In this document: piece by piece, positions 37,163-48,237 of the stretch
Position numbering within the stretch: position 1 is the stretch's first letter
Layout: the number at the start of each line of letters is the position of its first letter
Assembly (NCBI RefSeq): GCF_024521635.1
Contig: NW_026250412.1
Location: 1,116,001 to 1,180,000 of the forward strand
Origin: Tricharina praecox
Lineage: Eukaryota
DNA: 64,000 bases
Reading direction: 5' to 3'
Translations under genes and position numbers: made by a program
Notes under the pieces: generated by a model
Databases searched by the model: none
Told to the model about the DNA's origin: nothing
The model's input: only the letters and a program-made list of their open reading frames with translations

Positions 37163-40100
37163 ATGTCTTTCGCTGCCCGCTCGGCGAGGGCCGACGATGC
37201 CGGGGATAGCTTTACGAACAACCTACTGACTGACTTTGCGCCGGTTCTGGCATTGTTCGGTGAACAGGTATTTCTGTCGCATCCCAATCCTATCAAGGGC
37301 CTATCTTTGACTAAGTGCAATCCCTCAGGTTACCAAGCAGTTCTTAAGCCAAACCTTCACCTAGCACGATTGCGTGATCTTCGCCATATTCCCACTTGGA
37401 ATCATCACCGCCATCGTGAGCACGATCAGAGTTGCTGCACCGAACTCCTGGAAAGCCCTGGTCGGAAGGGCCAGGGAAAGCCGTGCCACGGCCGAGCTGG
37501 AGCTGCTCTCGTCCACAAGCCAGGAGGTTTGCGAGATGTGGGACGGTCAAGCCATCGTGAGGGTCATGGGATCTCCGCAGATCCCAGAGCTGGTGTACAT
37601 CCTTGAGCGAAAGGGCGAGAAGCAGCGTGAGCTATACAGGCTGCAAGGGGAGAGTCGAAAGGAGTCGAAAGACAGAGTGCTGGAGTTGAAAGGTTAGAAA
37701 TCCATCTTGAAGCCATTCGATCGGTACCGTGCTAACTTCCCTGGACTACCAGCCCATACCGGGAGTCTCAAGGATGAGGAACAACAGAAAAACCTCTACT
37801 CATCGCCTGAAGACACGGAAAGCTCTGCCGGATTATCGGCTCCCAACATTTCTCTAAATCTTGCACCTTCACCGGATCAGAGAAAGCAATCATTGTTATG
37901 GTTCTTAGTGTTCGCAGTGGCCCTCCAGCTCGGTGTGCTCGTCTTCTGTGCTATAGCCATATATCATCCTCCGTGGAAAGCTCGCTTCGGTAAAAATGGT
38001 CTCCCTGTTGTGGGCGCGGCGTATCCGGTAGCAGCTGCGGGAGTCCTGACAACGACTATTGGCATGTTCTTGTGTGCTTGGATCATCGAACAAAGCACCA
38101 AGGAGGAAGTCTGGAAAATAAAGGTGGCGGCTACTCCTTCCACGGAAGGAGACCACCATCATACCCTGCAGGCACCTTCAGGACGACAGGTTCTCATTTT
38201 TTGGTTACAAAAACGCAAAATCGTCAACGATCAAACATTCGATTCATACGTAATCTTTACTTCGGGACCTCGCAATTCTGTTCTGACCTCGAGACGAAAC
38301 GGGAATGTTGCCAGTCCCAGTAGGACCACACAACTCCCTGGCGGTTCCCAAACCGTGGAGACCGGCTTACCGCATCAGAAACTGGCCATATTCGGGGCGA
38401 CCATTTTCATTATCGGATTCATACTGAATTTCTCCGGCTTACGACTGATGCACTGGTCAGCGACCATTGCGCAGTTTGTTGGAACTGCGATCATGACCTC
38501 TGTGAGAATCTGGCTGTGTCGCGATTTAGCTGGGCGCCCCGATGCGCAACAGATCCTCGATGGCTACGAAATGGATTGGCTTGCGCTACTGCTTGCGGCA
38601 AATGGAGAAAGTCTTTCGCTAGGCCGCAATGAAAGATTGAAGCAGGCTTCCGCCATAGAAAAGAACGAATCGAGCGCCTTTTCGACTTGGGCCGTCGTTG
38701 TTGGCAATAAAGTTCATGACGATAAAGAGAGGGATGAGAAGAAAGGAGATGATGATGATGAGACTGATGAGGAGAGCGACCAGGAAGGCGACCAGGAAGG
38801 CGACCAGGAAGGCGACCACGTGGGTGACCAGGAAGGCGACAAAGCCATTGAGGGTAATCTTAACTTGGCATCAAGGGCGCTCCGCATCCGGGAACGTCTA
38901 GGGTAACTCAGCAAGTGGACAGGACGAGCTTCTGAACCAGCGATATCGGTTGCAACTGCAATCGAAGCAGTGATGAATGCGCTCTACCCACAGAAACTGC
39001 CAGAACCCTTCGAATTTCCTTTCTAAGCACAAGCGGCGATATCAGGAAGGCCAGACACCTCCGCAGAGGTCGTCTCCATTACCGTACAATGGGACGACGA
39101 CACCAACAGGTGGACGACCAGCACTTCCATAATCGAGGCAGTGCTATCTCTTTGGCTGTTCACGGAAACACAAAACTCTAGGAACAGAAGTCACGGTTTT
39201 CGGGACACCTCGCATGACTGGCTAAGGCATAGCGGTACGAGTACAAGAGCGAAATGTCTACGCTTCTTGGGCCCAGACGATCTCCCGACCCATCGGGATT
39301 TGGTATGGTGGGGCGGTAGCGCAGCAAGCAGTATTCTTATTCTCGCTCTCGACGGGACCGCTGCGACGGAGGACGTTGATTCCGAGCCTAACGCAAACGG
39401 CACCGATACGACTACAAATACGGCTAAAACGGCTTTCATCGAGGTACCGGAGGATTACGTGCTGGGGCTCGTGCCCTGAACTCAGCCAGGTTCAAACCAG
39501 AAGCCCGCCTCAACGGAGAATCTATCTTTCAATGTGCGATATCGGCTGGCGGGTGATCTCAGCGATCTTCAACAGGATCCACGCGGCAATTCATACCGGC
39601 TGGCTTCAACATCGAATGGTCCGATTGAGGTATATGCCCAGGAACTATTTTCGTTCTTCATGCAGGCTGTTGCACAGAAGCTGAGTGGTCCTATCGAGGG
39701 GCTGACTGCTGCTCAGAAAACAGTGTCTGCAATTGATGGAGGTAATATATCTTGGAAATTGTTTCGTCTAGAGAATTCCATCCTGCGAAAGATGGTTCAA
39801 GGGGTTCAGAGTGCCGGACTTGCAACCACGGAGGAGGCTTACGTGCTGCTGATCCCACCGTTAAGTGCAAAAGCCAGGCTTCCGGTCCAGTGGCAGATTA
39901 TGGATCTGGTACGAAATGAAACGAGGAACTCTGAATCATCAGTCTCGGAATGGAGCGAAGTAGAAGCACTGTATTTCGGACTTTGGGGGATCTGCAAGCC
40001 GTTTGGGCGCAAGCATAGAATTTTTCACAAAGGTGCTGCGATCCTGATGGACTTTCTCCGTTCAGTTATGACAGTATTGTGTTTATCGAAACAACAACTG

Positions 40101-41156
40101 CGACAAGGAAGTGCTGTTCAAAGTTTGAAGGCGCTGGAGACGAAGATTTTTAACGAATTGAAATCACTACGGGGAGGTGTTGTCTCTGATCTATTGGATG
40201 TGTACGACCTTCAGGACCGTTATGTCGCGCAAGATATCCTGGAAAAGATGAGAAAAAGGTTCAAAGAACAGCCAAACACGATAGCTTCACACATCCGCCG
40301 CACCCGCCGGACCGAACCATGGTACCTGCTGTCCCCGCGGAGATTCCATTCAATGGTTATAGGTGAAGGCCCTACACCGAGCCGAGATACCGCTGGAACC
40401 GATATCTTTGATGCTACGGTATTTCATTATGCTGTCGGCAATAAACACCAGCAGAATCCCTTGAACAACACCAGACTCACGCCTCCCGCTATCACGATTT
40501 TTCTTCCCTGTGTCTCAGACATAAACGTTGTAGACATCACCGGGCATACACCCTTGCACTGGGCCAGCAACGGCGGGTTTGAAGAAAGCATTTCGACTCT
40601 TTTGCAGCGCGGTGCGGATATGATGATTCGAGGTAGTGACGGAGTAGGACCATTACATTGTGCAGCGAGGTCTGGTAAAGCTACGGTCGTCGAACAGTTG
40701 CTGGACGCAGGAGCCAGCCAGGCAATCTATGATCATTTGCGACAAACACCACTGCATTGGGCAGCTTACTATGGGAATGAGGAGGCGGTGGGTCTACTTC
40801 TGCACAGAGTGGCATCCATCGACGTAAGAGACGACTATGAAAGAACTCCTTTACACCTTGCAGCGATCACGGGTTCTCTTGGAGTTGTCCAGAGGCTAGT
40901 AAAAGACTCCGATATGAGTCTTGAAGATCAAGATGAAAAGTCAGCGCTGCATTTGGCGGCCCGTGAGGGCCACGAGGCGGTTTTTCGCCTCCTACTCGAA
41001 TATCATGTGGACAAAGACGCGAAATATCACATCGGGCGGACAGCGCTGCATTTGGCGGCGCATGAGGGCCACGAAGCGGTTGTTCGCCTCCTACTTGATC
41101 ATAGTGCCGGCGAGAATGACGCGGAGGACTATGAGGGACAGTCGATTATGGACTGA
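37163..41156 (+). pseudogene. Multi-pass membrane plus C-terminal ankyrin repeat protein with four in-frame stops. Introns 37268-37328 and 37693-37752
   Basis: A single reading frame after splicing, with stops TAG 37362, TAA 38904, TAA 39024 and TGA 39477. Six ankyrin motifs (TPLHWASNGG, GPLHCAARSG, TPLHWAAYYG, TPLHLAAITG, SALHLAAREGH, TALHLAAHEGH). Confidence 0.85.
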
Positions 41157-42471
41157 GCGGATTTTTCCTTTTTCATTTTTTTTATTAGGACTGGCAAAGA
41201 AGGACTTACCGCAGCCCATATCTAGTACGTTGAAAAATAAAAGGCTCACATTGAAATTGAAACCCCGAATGGGCTCGAAACCACTACCGTATATAGTACC
41301 GTCTAGGTGGTATGAAATGAGTGATGCCGGTGCACGACACATCAAACATCCCAAATCAGCATGAGCCGTCAACCCAGAGATTGCAGAGACTTGTTCTGGT
41401 TTGAAGGCCGGCTCCTGAGATCTAAGACCTCTCACAGCTCCCTGCGGGTCGATACAGTGCTGCTGATGCTAATTTAGCCGACTTGCTGTCAGATTCTATC
41501 ACTCTATCTCGTGACTTTATTGCCGAATTCCAAACCTTGAGAGAACCAACTTGCGTGCACTACCGGTACCATACTGCGCAAGTAACATATGAGCCAACCG
41601 CGATTGACCGCCTTGCTGTTAAATCCGCATCATGATGCAGCAGTCGCTCGCTCTCTGCTCCTCCGAGTTTGCCATATGATCCCTGAGATGGCATCTGTTC
41701 CGGCTAGAACGTAGAAGCCCTTCGTAGTGAGGCAGTCTACCGGATCTCCTCCATCGCGTGAAGTTTGCGGTAGAGCCAACTATCGATTCAAGCTCTATCA
41801 GGATTCAGTATATAGTAGTACATACTACGCAATGCAAATTGAGGCCTCAACGTCATCCGCAACATCATGCCGTTGTGGAAACAGATGAGATTCCGAAATG
41901 GAACCACTGTCTTTTCAATATCGTAAGCCTTCATCAACCATACAAACCGTAATGCATGCACGAACATGATATCTTCACTCTATGGCTTCTACCTTAGCTG
42001 CCTGAAATCACATGAACCAAATTTTAGCAGTAGACGGGTTCAAACGGTTAGCCCAGATGGCAGGCATAGCTTGCGTAGGAAAGAACTGAAGACGGATTGC
42101 TTACCCTGATGCTAGGAAATCAGCGTAGAGCACCGGTGCAGAGCGATAACATCTGACTACACATCCGGATTCCCGAGCCGCTGCGTTAAGATGGACCGCA
42201 CAGTAACTACCGACCTACACGCTGGAACTGTACCTGCACTCCGACAGCCGTCTACAAACTATCTGTATGGCACACAGGGCCGTCAACCGTCCTTCCGGAC
42301 TACAGTCCACTAGTGGACTGTAGTCCCGTCCCGTCCCGGGCAGGCTTTCCAGAGGACTGATCCATTCCGTCCGGAGGATTAAACGCCCAGATACCCGCTA
42401 GGTACCTATATATAGGTACCTGATAGCACTAGCGTTCTATGCTGACTACTAGTTTGCGGAGTAGTAGTACA

Positions 42472-42931
42472 TATGGTTGGGGACGGCTATACCCGATGGA
42501 AAAACACCCCTAACTTTGACACCTATCTCCGCCACCAAATATTTTTTTTTGAACAAAAACTCTCTATTAATCGATAGAGAATCTCATGGCCGTAATTTTA
42601 ATAACGTCCGATTAATTTAAGACACGTGGTTGTGGAGAAGAAGAATCTAGAAAATAAATCATTTTGTATGGAGGCCAACCCAATGCCCCTCCCCTGGATC
42701 ACCCAATTCACCCATGCTTGCACTGAATTTGCTCATTCTTGGCCCATGAGCGGGTAAGCCAAGAACCATTTTAAGCTAGTATCTGGACTAAATAGGCCAA
42801 AAATGGAATTAAAAATGCCTATTTTTGCTAAAAAAAAAAACTCAAAAAACTCAATTTATTACCCGTTTTGTAATTAATTCGACTTTTCTACGAATGTCCC
42901 ATTCCATCGGCTCTAGGAGTCCCCAACCATA
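42472..42931. mobile_element. MITE / non-autonomous DNA transposon, 460 bp
   Basis: Left end TATGGTTGGGGACggCTAtAcCCGATGGAA; reverse complement of right end TATGGTTGGGGACtcCTAgAgCCGATGGAA. TA at both outer ends and an AT-rich non-coding interior. Confidence 0.85.
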
Positions 42932-43448
42932 GCGCGGTGGCTACCATCAGAGTTTTCAGAGTCGTCAACCAGGTTCAGGGGATAGACACGTGCCAGAAGT
43001 AGGAACGGGGATGATGTAAACGTTCAATACCGTGAGAGACACTGTGAAATACAGCTGCACAGCCACACATCCGCACACCGGTGCCGCTGTGTGGTGCCAC
43101 GCCGCTTGCATTGTCCCAGTGTTCCAGTCAATTCCGGGCCCTGTAGGGTATCCGTCCTCATTTCTCCAGCCCGGAAGACTGGAGTCCTTGGTCTCCTCAG
43201 TCCGACTAATTTCGTCCCGGGCCAGGCAACCCCAAAAACGGATGGGACGGACGCTTGACAGCCCTGACTGCGACTCAAAAATGCCACGGCACGGATACGC
43301 AGTGAGGTGAAGCGGTGGACATTTCGACGGTACGGATACTTTATTTCTTTTTTCTCTATAAACAAACACTCCCTTAGCTAATCACGAGACTGATCGTGAC
43401 AGCTTCGGCTGCTGGTATCTAACTTGATGGATGTGTGGCTCTGAACAG

Positions 43449-44335
43449 TTTTTTGTTTCATCATCGTAGCATTCGACCTTTGCAGATCATGGCTGTGTAC
43501 ACGACCAGTTCCACCCCAGTGTCTCCGACCGCTGGCCGCGAGCCCGATGTGGGTTCCCTATTGCCCTCCGCCCGGCCCATCCGCGCATAACAAAGGGAAA
43601 GATAGAAAGAAGTAACAAATCAGATGACAAAAAAGGAAAGGAAAGGAAACATGTCAGTATTCTCTCCAAACCTGCCTCAAAGCCTCCTAGCCAACTCCTC
43701 TAGCCTTTCTAATGCCTCATCTCTTCCTGCGTATGCCGGAATCTCCGGCCGACTAGCCCGTACACTTTCCTCCGCTCTTGCTCTCACCGCGTCCCAGTCT
43801 ATCACTTTGCCCGGGGCCGGAGTTGGTGTTGGTGTTGGGGTGTCCGGTGCCGGCGGTGCGAGATTCGGGGGGGGGGGGGGGGGGGGGGGGGGGTGGGGAG
43901 AAAGAGAAATTCCCCAGCCCGTCGCCTCTCTTCTGCTGCCACTACTCTTTCTGCCGCCACCGCTCTCGCTCCTTCTCTCACTTCTCCTGCTATGGGGTAG
44001 GTGGGATCCGCCGCTGCCGCTGCCAAGTCAGAAGTCTGGCTCAGGAATTCTTGTTACTCTTACCCGAAAGGGGATACTTGTGGGCCCACATCACTGGTGG
44101 TGTGGAAGCAGAGGATGGCCTTGCTGCACTCTTGGTTGGCAAAGAGGTCCCTGATCTTAAACCTATCCTTCTCTGGGCCAGTCTTCTTTCGCACCTCCGT
44201 CCACAAGATCTTCTGTTGCTCCCTCCACTGCGTGCAGTTCTTGAACAGGTGTTACCGGGGTTGGGTCTTGTACCCGCATGGCTCTGAATCGTATCGCTCC
44301 ACACATTGTCACTCCACACATTATAACTTACCAGC
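43449..44335 (-). mobile_element. Degenerate LINE 3' fragment
   Basis: YKTQPR*HLFKNCTQWREQQKILWTEVRKKTG..DRFKIRDLFANQECSKAIL..TSDVG and FLFLPTP. 3' terminus gccatgatctgcaaaggtcgaatgctacgatgatgaaacaaaaaa. Confidence 0.8.
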
Positions 44336-44791
44336 GAGTGACACCACGTGCAGCACTTTACTTTGTTTTAACTTCAGATAGATATCCTTGGCTGCGATTA
44401 CGAATCACGATGGATACCCAGAGCGTTTGCCGTGCGAGGTAACTATTGGTCAATCGTGAGATGGTATCATCAGCACACTGTCGCGGTGTTCGCCGAAGGA
44501 GTCGATTCTACACAGCCTCACAGGTAGAACTGCGCAGGCAAGACTTTTATAACGCCCACCTTCTTTCCTAGGTACTGGTACTTTTCACCGCACACATGAA
44601 GGGCACTCGGCAGACTCGCAAACCAGACCTAATGATAACAGGGAACCGAACAAACACACAAAGACTACCGAAACCGAAAGACGTAGATGATGACATATCG
44701 TCGTGAAACCCCCCAGCCAAATAAAGAAACAAATAAATCTTTTCTCGAGAGGAAAATGACATAAAAAACACAAACCCGCGCCCCACCACGA

Positions 44792-46462
44792 TCATCCAAG
44801 ATTGAGTTTAGCCGCGGCCTGGAGGAGAGTGGAAGTAACACGCAAGGAGCGGCTTCTCGAGGGTGCGTATCGGCGATCGTACGCGGTCTCGAGCAGGTCG
44901 TGAATGAGCTGTTCCTCGTCGATGTATTTATCCGTGAGCCTTCCGCCCTTCTTTTCCTCCTTGGGGATGATAGTTTTATTGCGTTTCTCCCAGCGCTGTT
45001 CCTCGAGGTGGAGGGTATGGTCGAGCACGCACTCGCGACTGACGATGTAGACGCGCGGCGGGGGTTCGAGGTCGCCGGGCTTGCAGAGCCCGGATTTTTC
45101 GAGGTTCTCTTGCAGGTTCTTGCGTGTCGTCGTGACGAAGAGCGTGCGTGCCTCAGGGGTCGAGCATTGCTCGTCGTCGGCGAGATTGCGGATCTGCATG
45201 TTCGCCTTGGACCGCACGATAAACACGGGGATCTTGAACCGCCGACAGTTGTCGAGGACATCGGCGTCGATCTGAGTGAAGCGCTGTGGTAACCGGTTAG
45301 GAAGAGACGCCAGCTGTTTGGTTGCCCGGCAGTAGAGAGAGAGGTATGTTAAGGGCAAGACGGGACATGAAGGAAGGGTGGAAACTCATACATTATCATA
45401 AACCAGAACGATAAAGTCGAATATGAACAGCCCTTGTTGATTGAAGTACTGCCATGCGGGAATGTTAAAGGTACCGGCGCCCGGAACATCGAACCAGATG
45501 AAACGCGGATATGGCATTTCCTTGCGGGGGTCTGGATACCTCGTCACTTCGAGCGTCGTCTCGACGATTCCAACATCCGCGGCTCCACCATCGCCCTTTT
45601 TCAGACCGCGGAAGGAATTGATCAGCGACGACTTGCCGCTTCCACTGGGGCCGCAGACGGCGAAATGCAACCGCTCAATGTCGTACTGGACCTTTGCTTC
45701 GGCGGCGTCATACTCTTCCTGCGTGGGCAGCACGACCGGCTGGATTCCTTTGGCGAGCTTCCTGTTGGTCTCTTCGAGCTCGCGCTGGAAGGCGGCATGT
45801 TCCTCTTCGGCTAGGCGCTGGCGCTCCTCCGCCTCCTTCCTGGCTTGCTCCTCTCGACGTGCCGCTTCTTCCTCCCGACGCTTACTTTCGAGCTTCTGCT
45901 TCTCCATCTCGCGCAGGAAGTTGGCCCTGTCTTCGTCCGCGCGGCGCTGTCGCTCCTCGGCCTCCTTCCTGAGCTGTTCCTCTCGAGCGCGGGCCTCCGC
46001 CGCCTCCTGTTGGCGTTTCTTGGTCTGCGCCGCCTGCTCATCGATGCGGCGCTGGTGAGCCGCCCTCTCTTCGGAGCTCTTCTGCAGCTGCGCGGCCATC
46101 TCTTTCCTCAGCTTCTCCTCTCTCTCCTTCGCCTGCCTAGCCTCCTCCTCGCGTTTCTTCGCCTGCACCTCCTGCTCCTCGAGCCTCTTCAACGCCGCAT
46201 CCATCTTTGCCTTTTCCTCCTTCCTCTTCCGCTCCTCTTCCTCCAACCTCTTTCTCAGCCGCTCCGCCTCCTCTTTCCGTATACGCTCGTCGTTCTCCCT
46301 CCTCTTCCTGTCCGCCTCGTCGCGGTTCCAGCAGTCTTCGTCCTGCTTCCTCTGCCACTCCGCGTGCTCCCGCTGCTGCTTTGCTTGCTGCTCAAGGTCA
46401 CGGCGCAGCGCCTCGACCGTCTTGTTGTGATTTTCCGGTGGCTTGCAGTGTCCTCCTCCCAT
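44792..46462 (-). CDS. Interferon-inducible (IRG/IIGP-like) P-loop GTPase with a long N-terminal charged coiled coil, ~520 aa. Exons 46462-45392 and 45283-44792
   Basis: G1 AVCGPSGSGKSSLINSFRGL, G2 AADVGIVETT, G3 WFDVPGAG and G4 IVRSKAN; canonical 108-nt intron GTATGA..CTAAC..CAG. Confidence 0.88.
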
Positions 46463-47154
46463 AATTTGGTTTTCTGCGGGGCGGGGGCAGGTTGGTGGCT
46501 ACGTGAGGGCCTCAGCCTTGGACGAGGGCTTTAGCCGGATAGGCAAAGGAGTGACTTATAGACGGAGGGGTATATCCTTCGACCGAAGGCGAAGACTTGG
46601 GAAGAAAAGTGGGGGCGCGGAGAGGCGTGGGGGAGCGGAGACTGGCGGGAGGAGGGCCCGGGGTTATATACATGATGAGAACAAATACAAACACACTCCT
46701 CCCTATAGCAGGCGGGCCATCGGCGGACCCTGCGCGGTGTGTTTGAATCCCACCGTTGTTACCGATACAATCGCCCCGCCCCGCACTGCGCAGGCAGCAG
46801 CGGGAAGACGGATAGACACCGACGATCAAACTTCACTCCATTGGCTCCCGCGTGTTCTATCGGACGAAGCAAATTTCGCCTGGAATGCACCGTGCGTGGC
46901 CGGTCGCTAAAAGCGGGCCGCTGAGGCCCGCGGGGGCTCTTGGCTTCTTTAGTTATTGTTGATCGTGCCGAAAAACAAAACAAAAACAAACTTCGATGGG
47001 CGTGGAGGATCAATGGGGAGGGGCAACTGCAGATGTTGTGTTACTTGAGCTTCATATCCTCGCTGGTGACTGGCGAGGCCAAGACGAGGCTGCGCTGCGC
47101 ATCAGCAGCTCCGTTGCTGATGGAGGAGTACATACCCGATCGCCGCTGAGTGGA

Positions 47155-47475
47155 AATGTAAAACAACATATCCTGTTTTACTGACGTTGATCCAGTAACA
47201 GTTTGCAATCAGATGGCTGCCTAAGTACGTGGCCACCCGCTTGCTCGCTCGCGGCTCGGCCGATCGAAGGCGGCGACGTGATTGGAAGGTTTGGCTTCCC
47301 CCGCCGTCCGCCCTAGCCTGTCCCATCGACACATGGAGGTAGATCGCACCAAGGAAATAATACCAATAAAAAGCAGCTTCACTCTTCGCATCTTCTGCAG
47401 CATATGCAATGGCAGAGGATGTGGAGAGAAACAGCGGGAGCGACCCCAGCACCTCAACCTCTTCCTCGCGTGCAC
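47155..47475 (-). mobile_element. LINE extreme 3' fragment
   Basis: EEEVEVLGSLPLFLSTSSA resembles the ORF2 C-terminus (FLFLPTP in the 43.9 kb copy), followed by a UTR with gggacaggctagggcggacggc. Confidence 0.55.
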
Positions 47476-47850
47476 GGCCGGCAGTGCAACGAGATGTCAC
47501 GTGATTTGGCCAAGTGATATCTGGTGCTCCATCCGTCACGTCAAAAACAAAAACCATCACCACCCCCGGTGGGTGGCTCGGAAACCCCTCTTCTCCAGGG
47601 AGTCGAACCGCGAAATCTTCGCGCAGGGTGGTGGCCTAGCCGACAAGACCACGCGGAGGTTTTTTCCGTGCTGGAAACGTGAATTCAAAAGCTATAAAGT
47701 GGTAGGTTCCACCCCACGATGAACAGGAACGACGACGAAGTTATTCTTCCGTCGCTCGCTGGTCGTTACTGGGGCATTGGCTTCGATGCTTTGAGGAGAT
47801 GTAAACCAGAATAAATACAGTGCTACGCCAGAAATACTCAGCCAACTGCT
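47476..47850 (-). mobile_element. Repeat family A copy with the most tRNA-like head
   Basis: Minus strand CTCCGCGTGGTCTTGTCGGCTAGG...GGTTCGACTCCCTGGAG, with box A at 47651-47640 and a consensus box B at 47609-47599. Confidence 0.8.
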
Positions 47851-47973
47851 TCTGTTCTCACTGAGGATGTCATGGTAAGGTCACTTCTCTTCTCGCCTCG
47901 ACCTTTCGATTCTGTTCAATCATCAAAGGATTTGACCTTACTATGTACCCAGATCAAGGCTGTATCACGCCTC

Positions 47974-48237
47974 TTAGTCATCCTCAGAGTCCCACCCCCG
48001 ACTAGCACACAACATAAACAGCTCCCTGGGAAACCCGCCAGACGGCCAACATCCACACGGCAGAGTATTGACCTGCCAGGCGAGCGGCGCGGGACCGATG
48101 GTGCGCGCCCACTTGCGACGGCACTTCTCGTGCACCCAGTGCTTGCACGGCGTCATCTGCCGGAAGTCGCTGTAGTTCGGTCCGTGACGCCGACGCACGC
48201 GGCAGCGCTGGCTGGTCGTGCAGATACAGTATGGCAT
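47974..48237 (-). CDS. Small Cys/His-rich protein (87 aa), RING-H2-like
   Basis: MPYCIC...TPCKHWVHEKCRRKW...LPCGC; ATG preceded by a C/A-rich leader. Confidence 0.5.
   Translation of the reverse strand: MPYCICTTSQRCRVRRRHGPNYSDFRQMTPCKHWVHEKCRRKWARTIGPAPLAWQVNTLPCGCWPSGGFPRELFMLCASRGWDSEDD

Noticed and set aside
47590-47660. Functional tRNA gene
   Set aside because: Box A/B are present but there is no proper anticodon arm or full acceptor stem, and it is embedded in a dispersed repeat.
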